Shown here piece by piece: positions 8,847 to 18,125 of a stretch of 64,000 bases of DNA. The stretch lies in NCBI GenBank assembly GCA_947372105.1, contig CANBSH010000003.1, positions 6,042 to 70,041 of the forward strand, in the 5' to 3' direction. The translations under genes were made by a program, and so were the position numbers. Each line of letters begins with the position of its first letter. Position 1 is the stretch's first letter. The DNA comes from Chitinophagaceae bacterium (lineage in GTDB: Bacteria > Bacteroidota > Bacteroidia > Chitinophagales > Chitinophagaceae). A model generated the notes under the pieces. That model worked only from the letters and a program-made list of their open reading frames with translations, was not told the DNA's origin and ran no database searches.

Positions 8847-9746
8847 ATGGAGGAGCGCATACAAGTTTATTGCCAACGTGCCCCAATCAACAACGCACAA
8901 TTCTCCATTGTAATACCTAGTTGGAACAATTTACCCTATTTACAAAATTGCATTCAAAGCATTCGCAAAAATTCACATTTTGCCCATCAAATTATTGTTC
9001 ATATTAATGAAGGGAAAGATGGAACTTTAGCTTGGGTAGAACAAGAAAAAGATATTGACTACACTTTTAGCAAAAAAAATATAGGAGTCTGTTATGCATT
9101 AAATGCAGCGCGCACTTTAGTGCAAACTAAATATTTTTTATACCTCAATGATGATATGTATTTATGCCCAGGCTGGGATACTGCCTTAATGCAAGAAATA
9201 CAATCTATTGGTCATGAAATGTTTTTTCTATCAAGTACTGTTATCGAACCTAAAGCTTCTAGCATATGCGTGATTGAAAAAAATTACGGAACCGATATTC
9301 AAAGTTTTGATGAAAAAGCGCTTTTAGAAAATTACGAGCATTTCGAAAAAGCAGATTGGGCGGGTGCTACATGGCCTCCCAACATTGTTCCCACATCACT
9401 TTGGGATGTAGTAGGAGGTTACAGTATTGAGTTTAGTCCTGGCTTATATTCTGATCCTGATTTTTCAATGAAGCTATGGCAAGCAGGCGTTCGTTATTTT
9501 AAAGGAGTCAGTAAAAGTAGAGCTTACCATTTTGGATCCAAGTCGGTGAAACGTGTGAAATCTAATAAAGGATATCATCAATTCATCAACAAATGGGGAT
9601 TCACTTCTAGTATACTTACAAAACACATCTTACAAAGAGGAGCAGTTTTTACGGGATATTTACCTGAATATAAAATGAGTGTATTGCAATCCCTAAAACA
9701 AGGATTTAAAAAATGGGTGGCTTCTTTTCAAACACCTCATTTATAA
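8847..9746 (+). CDS. Glycosyltransferase family 2
   Basis: FSIVIPSWNNLPYLQNCIQSIRKNS is the N-terminal GT2 signature. YLNDDMY is DxD-like. Confidence 0.8.
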   Translation: MEERIQVYCQRAPINNAQFSIVIPSWNNLPYLQNCIQSIRKNSHFAHQIIVHINEGKDGTLAWVEQEKDIDYTFSKKNIGVCYALNAARTLVQTKYFLYLNDDMYLCPGWDTALMQEIQSIGHEMFFLSSTVIEPKASSICVIEKNYGTDIQSFDEKALLENYEHFEKADWAGATWPPNIVPTSLWDVVGGYSIEFSPGLYSDPDFSMKLWQAGVRYFKGVSKSRAYHFGSKSVKRVKSNKGYHQFINKWGFTSSILTKHILQRGAVFTGYLPEYKMSVLQSLKQGFKKWVASFQTPHL

Positions 9747-9757
9747 ATGTACACGAC

Positions 9758-10663
9758 TTATTTATAATACCGCTTCGCGAAATCAAAAATATTAAAGTGC
9801 GGTTGTGCAAATACAATATCTAATTGCGCTTCCATTTCAGTGGCATCAATTTGTCTCATTTTTTCTGCTGCAATTAATTGATACATTTTACGAATTAGCA
9901 TTTGCTTTTTTTGGGGAAGAGAAATAGGTAAACTTGCTTTTTCCATCACAGCATTTGCTAATTCTTGAATCCCAATATTTTGAGTCGCAATAGTTGCAAT
10001 CACTGGTGGAAGATGATTAGTTGTGTGTGATTCCATAACCATTTGCTTGATATGATTCGCAAAAGAGGCTGCATCGGGTCGGTCACTTTTATTCACTACA
10101 AAAATGTCTGCAATTTCCATTAATCCTGATTTCATCATCTGCACTTCATCCCCCGCTTCAGGAACCAAAACCACCACAGTCGTATCTGCTAAATGTGCAA
10201 TCTCAATTTCAGATTGTCCCACACCCACTGTTTCAATTAAAACAATATCAAACCCCACCGATTGTAATAAAGTACTTAACTCAATGATGCCACTCATGAG
10301 TCCTCCCAAATGTCCTCTTGTAGCCAAGGATCGAATAAATACTTGTGGATGCGTATACCATTCCTTCATTCTAATGCGATCTCCTAAAATGGCTCCTTTG
10401 TGAAAGGGAGAGGACGGATCTACCGATAATACTGCTACTTTTTTACCTGCTAGCACCCATTGCTCTATCATGGCAGATACCAGTGTACTTTTCCCAGCCC
10501 CTGGAGGACCTGTAAATCCAATCACGGGGACTAATTGAGGTTGTAATTGTTGCAGCAAAATAGGGGAACCCTCTTCCTTATTCTCAATGAAGGAAATAGC
10601 TTTTGCGAGCAATAAAAAATTACCCTCTGAAACCCCTTTTTGTATGTTCGCTATATCCAACAT
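9758..10663 (-). CDS. meaB: MeaB/ArgK-type G3E GTPase (methylmalonyl-CoA mutase-associated)
   Basis: P-loop GFTGPPGAGKSTL, then LSVDPSSP...GGAILGDRIRM, IETVGVGQSE and VVNKSD. Confidence 0.85.
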   Translation of the reverse strand: MLDIANIQKGVSEGNFLLLAKAISFIENKEEGSPILLQQLQPQLVPVIGFTGPPGAGKSTLVSAMIEQWVLAGKKVAVLSVDPSSPFHKGAILGDRIRMKEWYTHPQVFIRSLATRGHLGGLMSGIIELSTLLQSVGFDIVLIETVGVGQSEIEIAHLADTTVVVLVPEAGDEVQMMKSGLMEIADIFVVNKSDRPDAASFANHIKQMVMESHTTNHLPPVIATIATQNIGIQELANAVMEKASLPISLPQKKQMLIRKMYQLIAAEKMRQIDATEMEAQLDIVFAQPHFNIFDFAKRYYK

Positions 10664-10692
10664 CTTTGCTTTGTAATAATTTAATATCTATG

Positions 10693-11565
10693 TTATCTAA
10701 TTATTTTATAATTTCTAAAATCAAAAGGACGAATGCCAGTCCATTTTTCAAAATAATACAAGCATCTATTTTTGAAAGAAAACTTTTTCTTTGAGATATC
10801 TAAATCAATCACCCAATTTTTTTGATGGATTCGATCTAGCATCACACTAGGATGTGTACCGTTGAATTTTTCTAAGGAATCAAAGCCAGTAAAATCATAA
10901 TAATCGGGACTCTGTTTTATTTTTTCCATAGATTGATCATCATGCCAAAAAACACTACTCTCTTTTTGTTTCTTGCGCATTTGTTCTGGACTTTTCACCC
11001 AGCCATAATGATAAATAGAAGCGTCAATACTAGCCACAGGCAATTTAGTCGTACCTATTCTAAAACCTTGTGCATCACGGTATGCGCTTATTTTTTTATT
11101 GTTTCGAATAATTCTAACTTCATGACCATACCATTTGCGACTATCTCCCACATAATCATAAGTGCCAAAAAAATGTTTGTACTTAAATAACAATCCTTGC
11201 ACTTCTTTATCATCTGCATATTGCGCACAACCTTTTCTAATGGCGTCGTGATATTTTTCATGTACCACTTCGTCTCCTTGAATATAAAAAGCCCAAGTAA
11301 AAGAATCATCTATGTATTGAAACGCTTTATCCGTTTCAACCGCTAACACCACTCCACCTTTACGTAAATTTTTATCCCAAACACTATGATGTATTTTTAT
11401 TTTAGGATCCCCGATAGATTCGATTAAGGCAATGGTTTCATCATTAGAATCGCCAATTAATACAATCATTTCATCTACCACAGGCAACACCGAACGAATG
11501 GCTTCCACAATGGGAAAATCATTCACGACTGCATTTTTAATAATGGTAAACCCTGCTACTTTCAT
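10693..11565 (-). CDS. Glycosyltransferase-like protein (GT2-related)
   Basis: MKVAGFTIIKNAVVNDFPIVEAIRSVLPVVDEMIVLIGDSNDET resembles the conserved Bacteroidota GT-A fold family. The ATG at 11565 is preferred over the GTG at 11589. Confidence 0.6.
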   Translation of the reverse strand: MKVAGFTIIKNAVVNDFPIVEAIRSVLPVVDEMIVLIGDSNDETIALIESIGDPKIKIHHSVWDKNLRKGGVVLAVETDKAFQYIDDSFTWAFYIQGDEVVHEKYHDAIRKGCAQYADDKEVQGLLFKYKHFFGTYDYVGDSRKWYGHEVRIIRNNKKISAYRDAQGFRIGTTKLPVASIDASIYHYGWVKSPEQMRKKQKESSVFWHDDQSMEKIKQSPDYYDFTGFDSLEKFNGTHPSVMLDRIHQKNWVIDLDISKKKFSFKNRCLYYFEKWTGIRPFDFRNYKIIR

Positions 11566-11714
11566 GGCATCTTTTTTAACACTTCGCACAAAAATAGACT
11601 CAATTTAAACTACTTCCATCTACAATCTAAATAACTCCTATTTTTTTTGAACTAAGGTTTAGATTTCGGGCAAGTTTGACACAAACAGATTAATTTTGAA
11701 GCACAAGAGGTACT

Positions 11715-12440
11715 ATGTCAATAAGCATTTGTTTTGATTTTGGAAACACCCGTTTAAAAGCAGCCATTTTTGATGAAAATGAACTGTTGAGTGTTCATGT
11801 TTTGGAGAATATGGAAACCTCCACCCTTCAAGCCTTATTGGATGAATGGAAGCCCCAAAAAACCATTTTATCCTCGGTGATTCATCATCCCAAGGAGCTA
11901 GAAAACATTTTAGAACAACAAAGTCAATTTCACCTATTAGGCCCCGATTCTAAGATCAATTTTACCACTCCTGTAGGAAAACCAGGCACAATTGGAGCAG
12001 ATAGGCTTGCTTTAGTGGCTGCAGCAGTTGATATTTTCCCACTTCAGCACAATTTGATCATTTCTCTAGGCACCTGTATTACCTATAATTTTGTCAATAA
12101 ATCCCATGAATTTTTAGGGGGTAGCATCTCTCCAGGGATGCAAATGCGCTTTAAAGCTATGCATGAACAAACAGCGCTTTTACCCCTAGTGGAGGCTTCT
12201 AATGAATTTACCCTAGTAGGTTATGACACTAAAACAAACCTTTTAAGTGGGGTGATTTTGGGGATTTCGGCCGAAATAGATGGCATTATTGACCTATATG
12301 AGCAGAAATATGGGAACTTTAACGTGCTATTAACCGGTGGAGACATTTGTTATTTTGTACCTCACTTAAAAAAGAGGATATTTGCCGACCAAAATTTAAT
12401 ATATAAAGGACTGTATGCTATTTGCAAAAAAAATAATTAG
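11715..12440 (+). CDS. coaX: Type III pantothenate kinase
   Basis: ICFDFGNTRLK N-terminal motif, GADR and LTGGD. Confidence 0.85.
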   Translation: MSISICFDFGNTRLKAAIFDENELLSVHVLENMETSTLQALLDEWKPQKTILSSVIHHPKELENILEQQSQFHLLGPDSKINFTTPVGKPGTIGADRLALVAAAVDIFPLQHNLIISLGTCITYNFVNKSHEFLGGSISPGMQMRFKAMHEQTALLPLVEASNEFTLVGYDTKTNLLSGVILGISAEIDGIIDLYEQKYGNFNVLLTGGDICYFVPHLKKRIFADQNLIYKGLYAICKKNN

Positions 12441-13800
12441 GTTAACGACTATCATTGGTTTAGTGTGTTTTTTAACCCCCACTCAGGCTCAAATTAATTC
12501 TCCATTTTCTAGATACGGATTAGGTAATGAAGTTTTCAATAGTCAAAATGCTGCTAGTCAGGCAATGGGTGGTTTTACCACAGCCTATACTTCTGCAATG
12601 AATGGCAATTATGGTCAAAGTATTAACTTTAATAACCCTGCTTCTTATGGAAGTATTTATTTAACCACTTTCGATTTAGGCGTAAATATTTCAGGAACTA
12701 CATTAAAAAGAAATACACCTAATGGTCGAGAAAATTCAAATTACATGTCCCCTAATTATTTAGCAATTGGGGTGCCTCTTAGTAAAGAGAAAAAAATTGG
12801 GATGGCATTTGGTTTAAGACCTTTGTCAACTATCAATTATTCAGTAAATGAAATCACCACCCTCCCTACCACCGGTGATACTATTTTAAATAATTATCGT
12901 GGAGATGGCGGTTTAAATCAATTGTTTGTTGGTTTTGGTAAAGCATGGAAACATGTTAATCTTGGCTTTAATACAGGATATAATTTTGGTAGAAAGAAAA
13001 TTGAAACCAGAAAAGCAATTGTATACAATCCTGACTCTTCTTATTTTTATCAATCCATTTCAAGTACGAATACCGCATTTGGTGGTTTCTTTTTGAATTT
13101 AGGAATTCAAGGCGAGTTCCCTATTAAAACCATTGCGCACCAACTTCCTACAGAAAAAACTGAATACACCATTAGCTTTGGAGCTACTGCATCAACGGAT
13201 CAAAATTTAAAAGGCAAACAAGATATTTTAAGAGCAACAGGTATTTATTCCACTACACTTGATGCCCCTACCGATACCGCTTCCTTGAAAACGGATCTTC
13301 CTGGAACAATTACACTTCCTGCTTTTTATAGTGTGGGAATTGCATTGCATAAAAAAGAAATTAATCCACGTGGACCTTATGATCAATGGGTAGTAGGAGT
13401 AGAATATTCAAGTGCCGCATGGAATGATAAATACCGCTTTTATGGTCAAAAGGATTTAATGTCCAATTCTTATATGGTACGCTTAGGTGCTCAGTTATGC
13501 CCCAATCCAAACAACTATGAAAGTTACTGGTCAACGGTTACTTATCGTGCTGGATATTTTAGCGGAAAGGATTACGCCAACATTGATAATAAAGGGATGA
13601 AAGTATCTGGATTTACTTTTGGTATGGGCTTGCCTGTTCGTAAATACCGATCTTACGATTATCAATTTACATTGATCAATTTAGCCATGCAAATAGGAAA
13701 AAGAGGAACCAGTGTCAACAATTTCACCGAAAATTTTGTACAATTTACTTTAGGATATAGTTTAAGCGATATTTGGTTTAACAAACGCAAATATGATTAA
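12415..13800 (+). CDS. Outer-membrane beta-barrel protein of unknown function
   Basis: Signal peptide ending TQAQ. It is followed by INSPFSRYGLGNE and alternating aromatic/glycine-rich strand-like segments. Overlaps coaX by 26 nt and lptC by 8 nt. Confidence 0.6.
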   Translation: MLFAKKIIRLTTIIGLVCFLTPTQAQINSPFSRYGLGNEVFNSQNAASQAMGGFTTAYTSAMNGNYGQSINFNNPASYGSIYLTTFDLGVNISGTTLKRNTPNGRENSNYMSPNYLAIGVPLSKEKKIGMAFGLRPLSTINYSVNEITTLPTTGDTILNNYRGDGGLNQLFVGFGKAWKHVNLGFNTGYNFGRKKIETRKAIVYNPDSSYFYQSISSTNTAFGGFFLNLGIQGEFPIKTIAHQLPTEKTEYTISFGATASTDQNLKGKQDILRATGIYSTTLDAPTDTASLKTDLPGTITLPAFYSVGIALHKKEINPRGPYDQWVVGVEYSSAAWNDKYRFYGQKDLMSNSYMVRLGAQLCPNPNNYESYWSTVTYRAGYFSGKDYANIDNKGMKVSGFTFGMGLPVRKYRSYDYQFTLINLAMQIGKRGTSVNNFTENFVQFTLGYSLSDIWFNKRKYD

Positions 13801-14389
13801 TCGTATTTCATACCACTTATTAAAAATAGCAGTTGCTTGTTTGAGTAGCTGCATTTTTTTGTTCGCATGCGAGAATAATGTAAATGAAGTGAAAGCTTTA
13901 GGCGCCAGAGTGGGCGGCATAGATGTGGGAAAAGATGTCGCTATTTATTTAAGTACAGACGGAAAAATTACTGCCAAATTAATGGCACCACTCATGAATA
14001 AATATTTATTAGATAGTGGTAAAATGATTGAGTTTCCCAATCACTTAAATGTAGATTTTTACAAAGATAGCTTGATCATAGAAAGTAAACTTTACGCCAA
14101 ATATGCCAAATATATAGAGTCTGAGAATAAAGTGTTTTTAAGAGACGATGTAGTGGTATATAACATTTTAGGGGATACTTTATGGTGTAAGGAAATGTAC
14201 TGGGATCAAAATACAAATATGTTTCACACTGATAAAGATGTGATTGTGAAGCAACACAACCCTATCGCAAAAATTTATGGAAAAGGCTTTGAAGCCAATC
14301 AAAATTTAACCGATATTCATATTCTAAAACCGCAATCAAATAGTTACGCTATCATTAGCGATAGCAGTGGACTAAACCCTCAAAAATAA
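13793..14389 (+). CDS. lptC: LPS export system protein LptC-like
   Basis: N-terminal membrane anchor, about 200 aa, beta-jellyroll-like sequence. It sits at the conserved position downstream of coaX seen in Bacteroidota. Identity rests on family resemblance only. Confidence 0.55.
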   Translation: MINRISYHLLKIAVACLSSCIFLFACENNVNEVKALGARVGGIDVGKDVAIYLSTDGKITAKLMAPLMNKYLLDSGKMIEFPNHLNVDFYKDSLIIESKLYAKYAKYIESENKVFLRDDVVVYNILGDTLWCKEMYWDQNTNMFHTDKDVIVKQHNPIAKIYGKGFEANQNLTDIHILKPQSNSYAIISDSSGLNPQK

Positions 14390-14392
14390 TAT

Positions 14393-15382
14393 ATGGAATA
14401 CAGAAAAATGGGTAAAACCGGGCTTCAATTAAGCACCCTTAGTTTTGGAAGCTGGGTTACTTTTCATAAACAAATTGACGATCGTATTGCAGATGAATTA
14501 ATGGGAGTCGCTTATGATCAAGGGGTGAATTTTTTTGATAACGCCGAAGTGTATGCTGCCGGAGAAAGTGAAAAAATGATGGGCAGAGTATTACATCAAA
14601 AAAAATGGGACCGTACTTCTATTGTACTTTCTTCTAAAGCTTTTTTTGGTTGGAGAGGTAAGGAAAATAAACCTAATCAAACAGGTTTAAGCCGAAAGCA
14701 TTTAACAGAAGCCTGTCACGAAGCATTACAAAGATTACAAACCGATTATTTAGATTTATATTTTTGTCACCGTCCAGATAAAAATACACCTATTAGCGAA
14801 GTGGTACAAACCATGAATACGTTGATACAACAAGGTAAAATTTTATATTGGGGAACGAGTGAATGGAGTGGTGTAGAAATTATGGAAGCACATCGCATAG
14901 CCGATTCATATCGTTTAATAGGGCCTTCCATGGAGCAACCTCAATACAATATGTTTGAGCGTCATAAAGTAGAAAATGATTTTCTTGAAATATATAAAAA
15001 TGTGGGACTAGGGACTACTATATGGAGTCCTTTAGCAGCTGGTTTGTTGACCGGCAAATATAATGATGGAATACCTGATGGCTCTCGCTTTCAATTAGAA
15101 GGTTTTGAGTGGTTAAGAGACAGATGGATCATGCAAGATAAAATTAAAAAAGTACAACAATTAGCTGCATTAGCTAAAGCGCTTAAAGTAAGCACTGCTT
15201 CATTAAGTATTGCTTGGTGTATTAAAAATCCAAATGTTAGTACTGCCATTTTAGGAGCCACTAGTAAGGCGCAGTTGTTAGATAATTTAACTGCCTTAGA
15301 TACCATGCAATTATTAACACCCGAGATCATGGAACAAATTGAAAATATCATTGAGACAAAACCCAAATTAGCAGATTATTAG
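14393..15382 (+). CDS. Aldo/keto reductase (Kv-beta-like subfamily)
   Basis: MEYRKMGKTGLQLSTLSFGSWVTF, FDNAEVYA, LDLYFCHRPD, YWGTSEWS. Confidence 0.85.
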   Translation: MEYRKMGKTGLQLSTLSFGSWVTFHKQIDDRIADELMGVAYDQGVNFFDNAEVYAAGESEKMMGRVLHQKKWDRTSIVLSSKAFFGWRGKENKPNQTGLSRKHLTEACHEALQRLQTDYLDLYFCHRPDKNTPISEVVQTMNTLIQQGKILYWGTSEWSGVEIMEAHRIADSYRLIGPSMEQPQYNMFERHKVENDFLEIYKNVGLGTTIWSPLAAGLLTGKYNDGIPDGSRFQLEGFEWLRDRWIMQDKIKKVQQLAALAKALKVSTASLSIAWCIKNPNVSTAILGATSKAQLLDNLTALDTMQLLTPEIMEQIENIIETKPKLADY

Positions 15383-15397
15383 TTTTAAATTATCACT

Positions 15398-16633
15398 ATG
15401 TTATTTGCCATCATTGCTTCATTGATTTTAATAGGATTTTTTTCGGGATATGAAATTGGATTCGTAAGTGCCAATCGATTAACCTTAGAACTTAAAAAAA
15501 AGCAAGGTACTAAGTCTGGAAAAATCATTGCTCAATTTTTAGAACATCCTGCGCAATTTATTGGTACTTGCTTAATAGGATTAAATATCTCTTTAGTGGT
15601 GTTTGGTATTTTATTTGAACAGTTATTGGACACCCTCATTTGGGAACATATTCAAGCAGGACCTTATACTATTTTACTAGGCAATACCATTTTATCTACT
15701 TTAGTCATTTTATTGATTGGCGAATTAGTTCCTAAGGCGATATTCAAAGCCAGAGCGGATTCCATGATAAGCACTTTTGCACCCCTAGCCCGCTTCTTTC
15801 ATGTTTTCTTTAGTCCCCTCACTAAATCATTAGTGAGTTTAGCGCAATGGGTGGTGAGTACTTTATTTCAAGTTAGATTAGTGAATAAAAAAGAAGCTTT
15901 CACTAAAGTTGATTTAGCACATTTTGTACAACAAACCAAAGACCAACAACAACAGCAGGACTTAAACACCGATTTATTCGAAAATGCATTGAGTCTTCCT
16001 ACTATCAAAATTAGAGAATGTTTAGTGCCCCGTACCGAAATTGTAGGAGTGGAGAAGAGCATTAGTATAGAAGAATTAAAAAAGGTATTTATAGAAACTA
16101 AATTAAGTAAACTCATCGTATATCATGAGACCTTAGATACGATTGTAGGATATGTGCATCAACTTGATTTATTCAAACAACCCCATCAAATCAAAGATAT
16201 TTTACTTCCTATTCTATTGGTTCCAGAAAGTATGAATGCAGCGGATCTCATTAATTTATTTTCTAAAAAAAGGAAAAGTATTGCTTGGGTGGTAGATGAA
16301 TTTGGGGGAACGGCAGGTATTATAACAATGGAAGATGTTTTAGAGGAAATCTTCGGAGAAATAGATGACGAATACGATGAGCAAGAATTTTTAGAAAAAA
16401 AATTGTCGGATACAGAATATATTTTTAGTGGACGTTTGGAATTGGATTACCTATATGAAAAATACGGTATTGACTTTTCCGCAGATACCACAGAAACTTT
16501 AAGCGGATATTTGATCCACCAAAACGAGTCCATTCCCAAGCTAAGGCAGGTGCTCCACCTGTCCCATTTTGATGCCGAAATTATAGCAGTGAGCGATACC
16601 CGAATCGAGAAGGTGAAAATCAAAATCCATTAG
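15398..16633 (+). CDS. CNNM/DUF21-CBS-CorC_HlyC hemolysin-family membrane protein
   Basis: Four N-terminal TM segments, a CBS pair region, and the C-terminal transporter-associated domain (VVDEFGGTAGIITMEDVLEEIFGEIDDEYD). Confidence 0.8.
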   Translation: MLFAIIASLILIGFFSGYEIGFVSANRLTLELKKKQGTKSGKIIAQFLEHPAQFIGTCLIGLNISLVVFGILFEQLLDTLIWEHIQAGPYTILLGNTILSTLVILLIGELVPKAIFKARADSMISTFAPLARFFHVFFSPLTKSLVSLAQWVVSTLFQVRLVNKKEAFTKVDLAHFVQQTKDQQQQQDLNTDLFENALSLPTIKIRECLVPRTEIVGVEKSISIEELKKVFIETKLSKLIVYHETLDTIVGYVHQLDLFKQPHQIKDILLPILLVPESMNAADLINLFSKKRKSIAWVVDEFGGTAGIITMEDVLEEIFGEIDDEYDEQEFLEKKLSDTEYIFSGRLELDYLYEKYGIDFSADTTETLSGYLIHQNESIPKLRQVLHLSHFDAEIIAVSDTRIEKVKIKIH

Positions 16634-16704
16634 TACTATTTTTAAGGTTTGGCTTCACATTTTAGCATATAAGCCTTAACTTTAACCCTCATTGAATTAT
16701 ACTC

Positions 16705-17559
16705 ATGGCTATATTTGACAGATTTAAAAAGGAAGGTGATGATGAAATGTCATTCATTGATCATTTGGAAGTTTTAAGAGGAACTATTGTCCGTTCTCTA
16801 TCCTCAATATTAATTACCTCTATTATTATTTTTATATACCGTGATTGGATCATGGACCATATTATTATGGGACCCGTGAATCCAGATTTTATTACTTACC
16901 GTGCATTTTGTGGACTCAGTCATTTATTGCATTTAGGAGATTCACTTTGTATGCCACCGGTGAAAGTATCCTTACAAAGCACCACTTTTGGAGGGCAATT
17001 TTTAAGTGCTATTAGTATGGCATTTGTGGGTGGAATTATTGTAGCCTTCCCTTATATATTTTGGCAAATTTGGTCTTTCATAAAACCTGCATTAAAAGAA
17101 AAGGAATTAAAAAATACTCGATTCATGATTTTTTGGGTGTCCTTCTTTTTCTTTATGGGCGCGGCTTTTGGCTTTTTTGTTTTAGGTCCTTTTACTTTTA
17201 ACTTTTTAGCTAGCTTCCAATTAGGTACAAGAGGTGCCATTGTCACTATCCCTACATTTGCGGATTATTTAGATAATTTAACTAATTTAATATTAGGATG
17301 TGGTATTGCTTTTGAATTACCAGTCATTGTATTTTTACTTACAAAAATTGGCATCATTACTCCTAAACTATTAACCACAACGCGTAAGTATGCAGTAGTT
17401 ATTATTTTAATTGTAGCAGCTTTTATCACACCAAGCCCCGATTGGTATAGTCAAACGATTGTTTTCATTCCTTTATATACTCTTTTTGAATTTAGTATTA
17501 TTGTTTCAAGATGGGCACATAAAAAAATGAAGAGGGAAGAAGATGAGGAATGGGATTAA
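16705..17559 (+). CDS. tatC: Twin-arginine translocase subunit TatC
   Basis: MSFIDHLEVLRG start region and six hydrophobic segments typical of TatC. Confidence 0.85.
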   Translation: MAIFDRFKKEGDDEMSFIDHLEVLRGTIVRSLSSILITSIIIFIYRDWIMDHIIMGPVNPDFITYRAFCGLSHLLHLGDSLCMPPVKVSLQSTTFGGQFLSAISMAFVGGIIVAFPYIFWQIWSFIKPALKEKELKNTRFMIFWVSFFFFMGAAFGFFVLGPFTFNFLASFQLGTRGAIVTIPTFADYLDNLTNLILGCGIAFELPVIVFLLTKIGIITPKLLTTTRKYAVVIILIVAAFITPSPDWYSQTIVFIPLYTLFEFSIIVSRWAHKKMKREEDEEWD

Positions 17560-17652
17560 TCTAACAAATTGAATTCTGAACCAAATAAAGCAAACAGAAT
17601 AATAAATTAACGATAGTAATAAAGGTTTCACTTAACCAGTAAATAAAATAAT

Positions 17653-18108
17653 ATGTCATTTGTGTTTGATGCTTCAAAACCTATCGCCTTGGGATGTGAC
17701 CATGCAGGAATAGATTATAAAAATGCAGTCAAGAAATGGTTGGAGGACAAAGGATATGGCACCAAGGATTTTGGAACTTACAATGCGGATTCAGTGGACT
17801 ACCCCGATTTTGCGCACCCCACTGCAAGCAGTGTAGAAACAGGCGAAGCTTGTTTTGGAATCTTATTTTGCGGAAGTGCAAATGGAGTGGCTATGACCGC
17901 TAATAAACATGCAGGCATTAGAGCCGGATTATGTTGGGTCACTGAAGTAGCTGAACTAGTTCGATTACACAATGATGCTAATATGATTTGTGTTCCAGCT
18001 CGTTTTGTAAGTTTAGAATTAGCTTTTGAAATGATTGAAAAATTTATGGGTACCTCTTTCGAAGGGGGCCGTCATCAAAATAGAGTCAATAAAATAACCT
18101 GCGCTTAA
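17653..18108 (+). CDS. rpiB: Ribose-5-phosphate isomerase B
   Basis: IALGCDHAG, GILFCGSANGVAMTANK, and a size of 151 aa. Confidence 0.88.
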   Translation: MSFVFDASKPIALGCDHAGIDYKNAVKKWLEDKGYGTKDFGTYNADSVDYPDFAHPTASSVETGEACFGILFCGSANGVAMTANKHAGIRAGLCWVTEVAELVRLHNDANMICVPARFVSLELAFEMIEKFMGTSFEGGRHQNRVNKITCA

Positions 18109-18125
18109 AAAATTAAATTAGCCTT

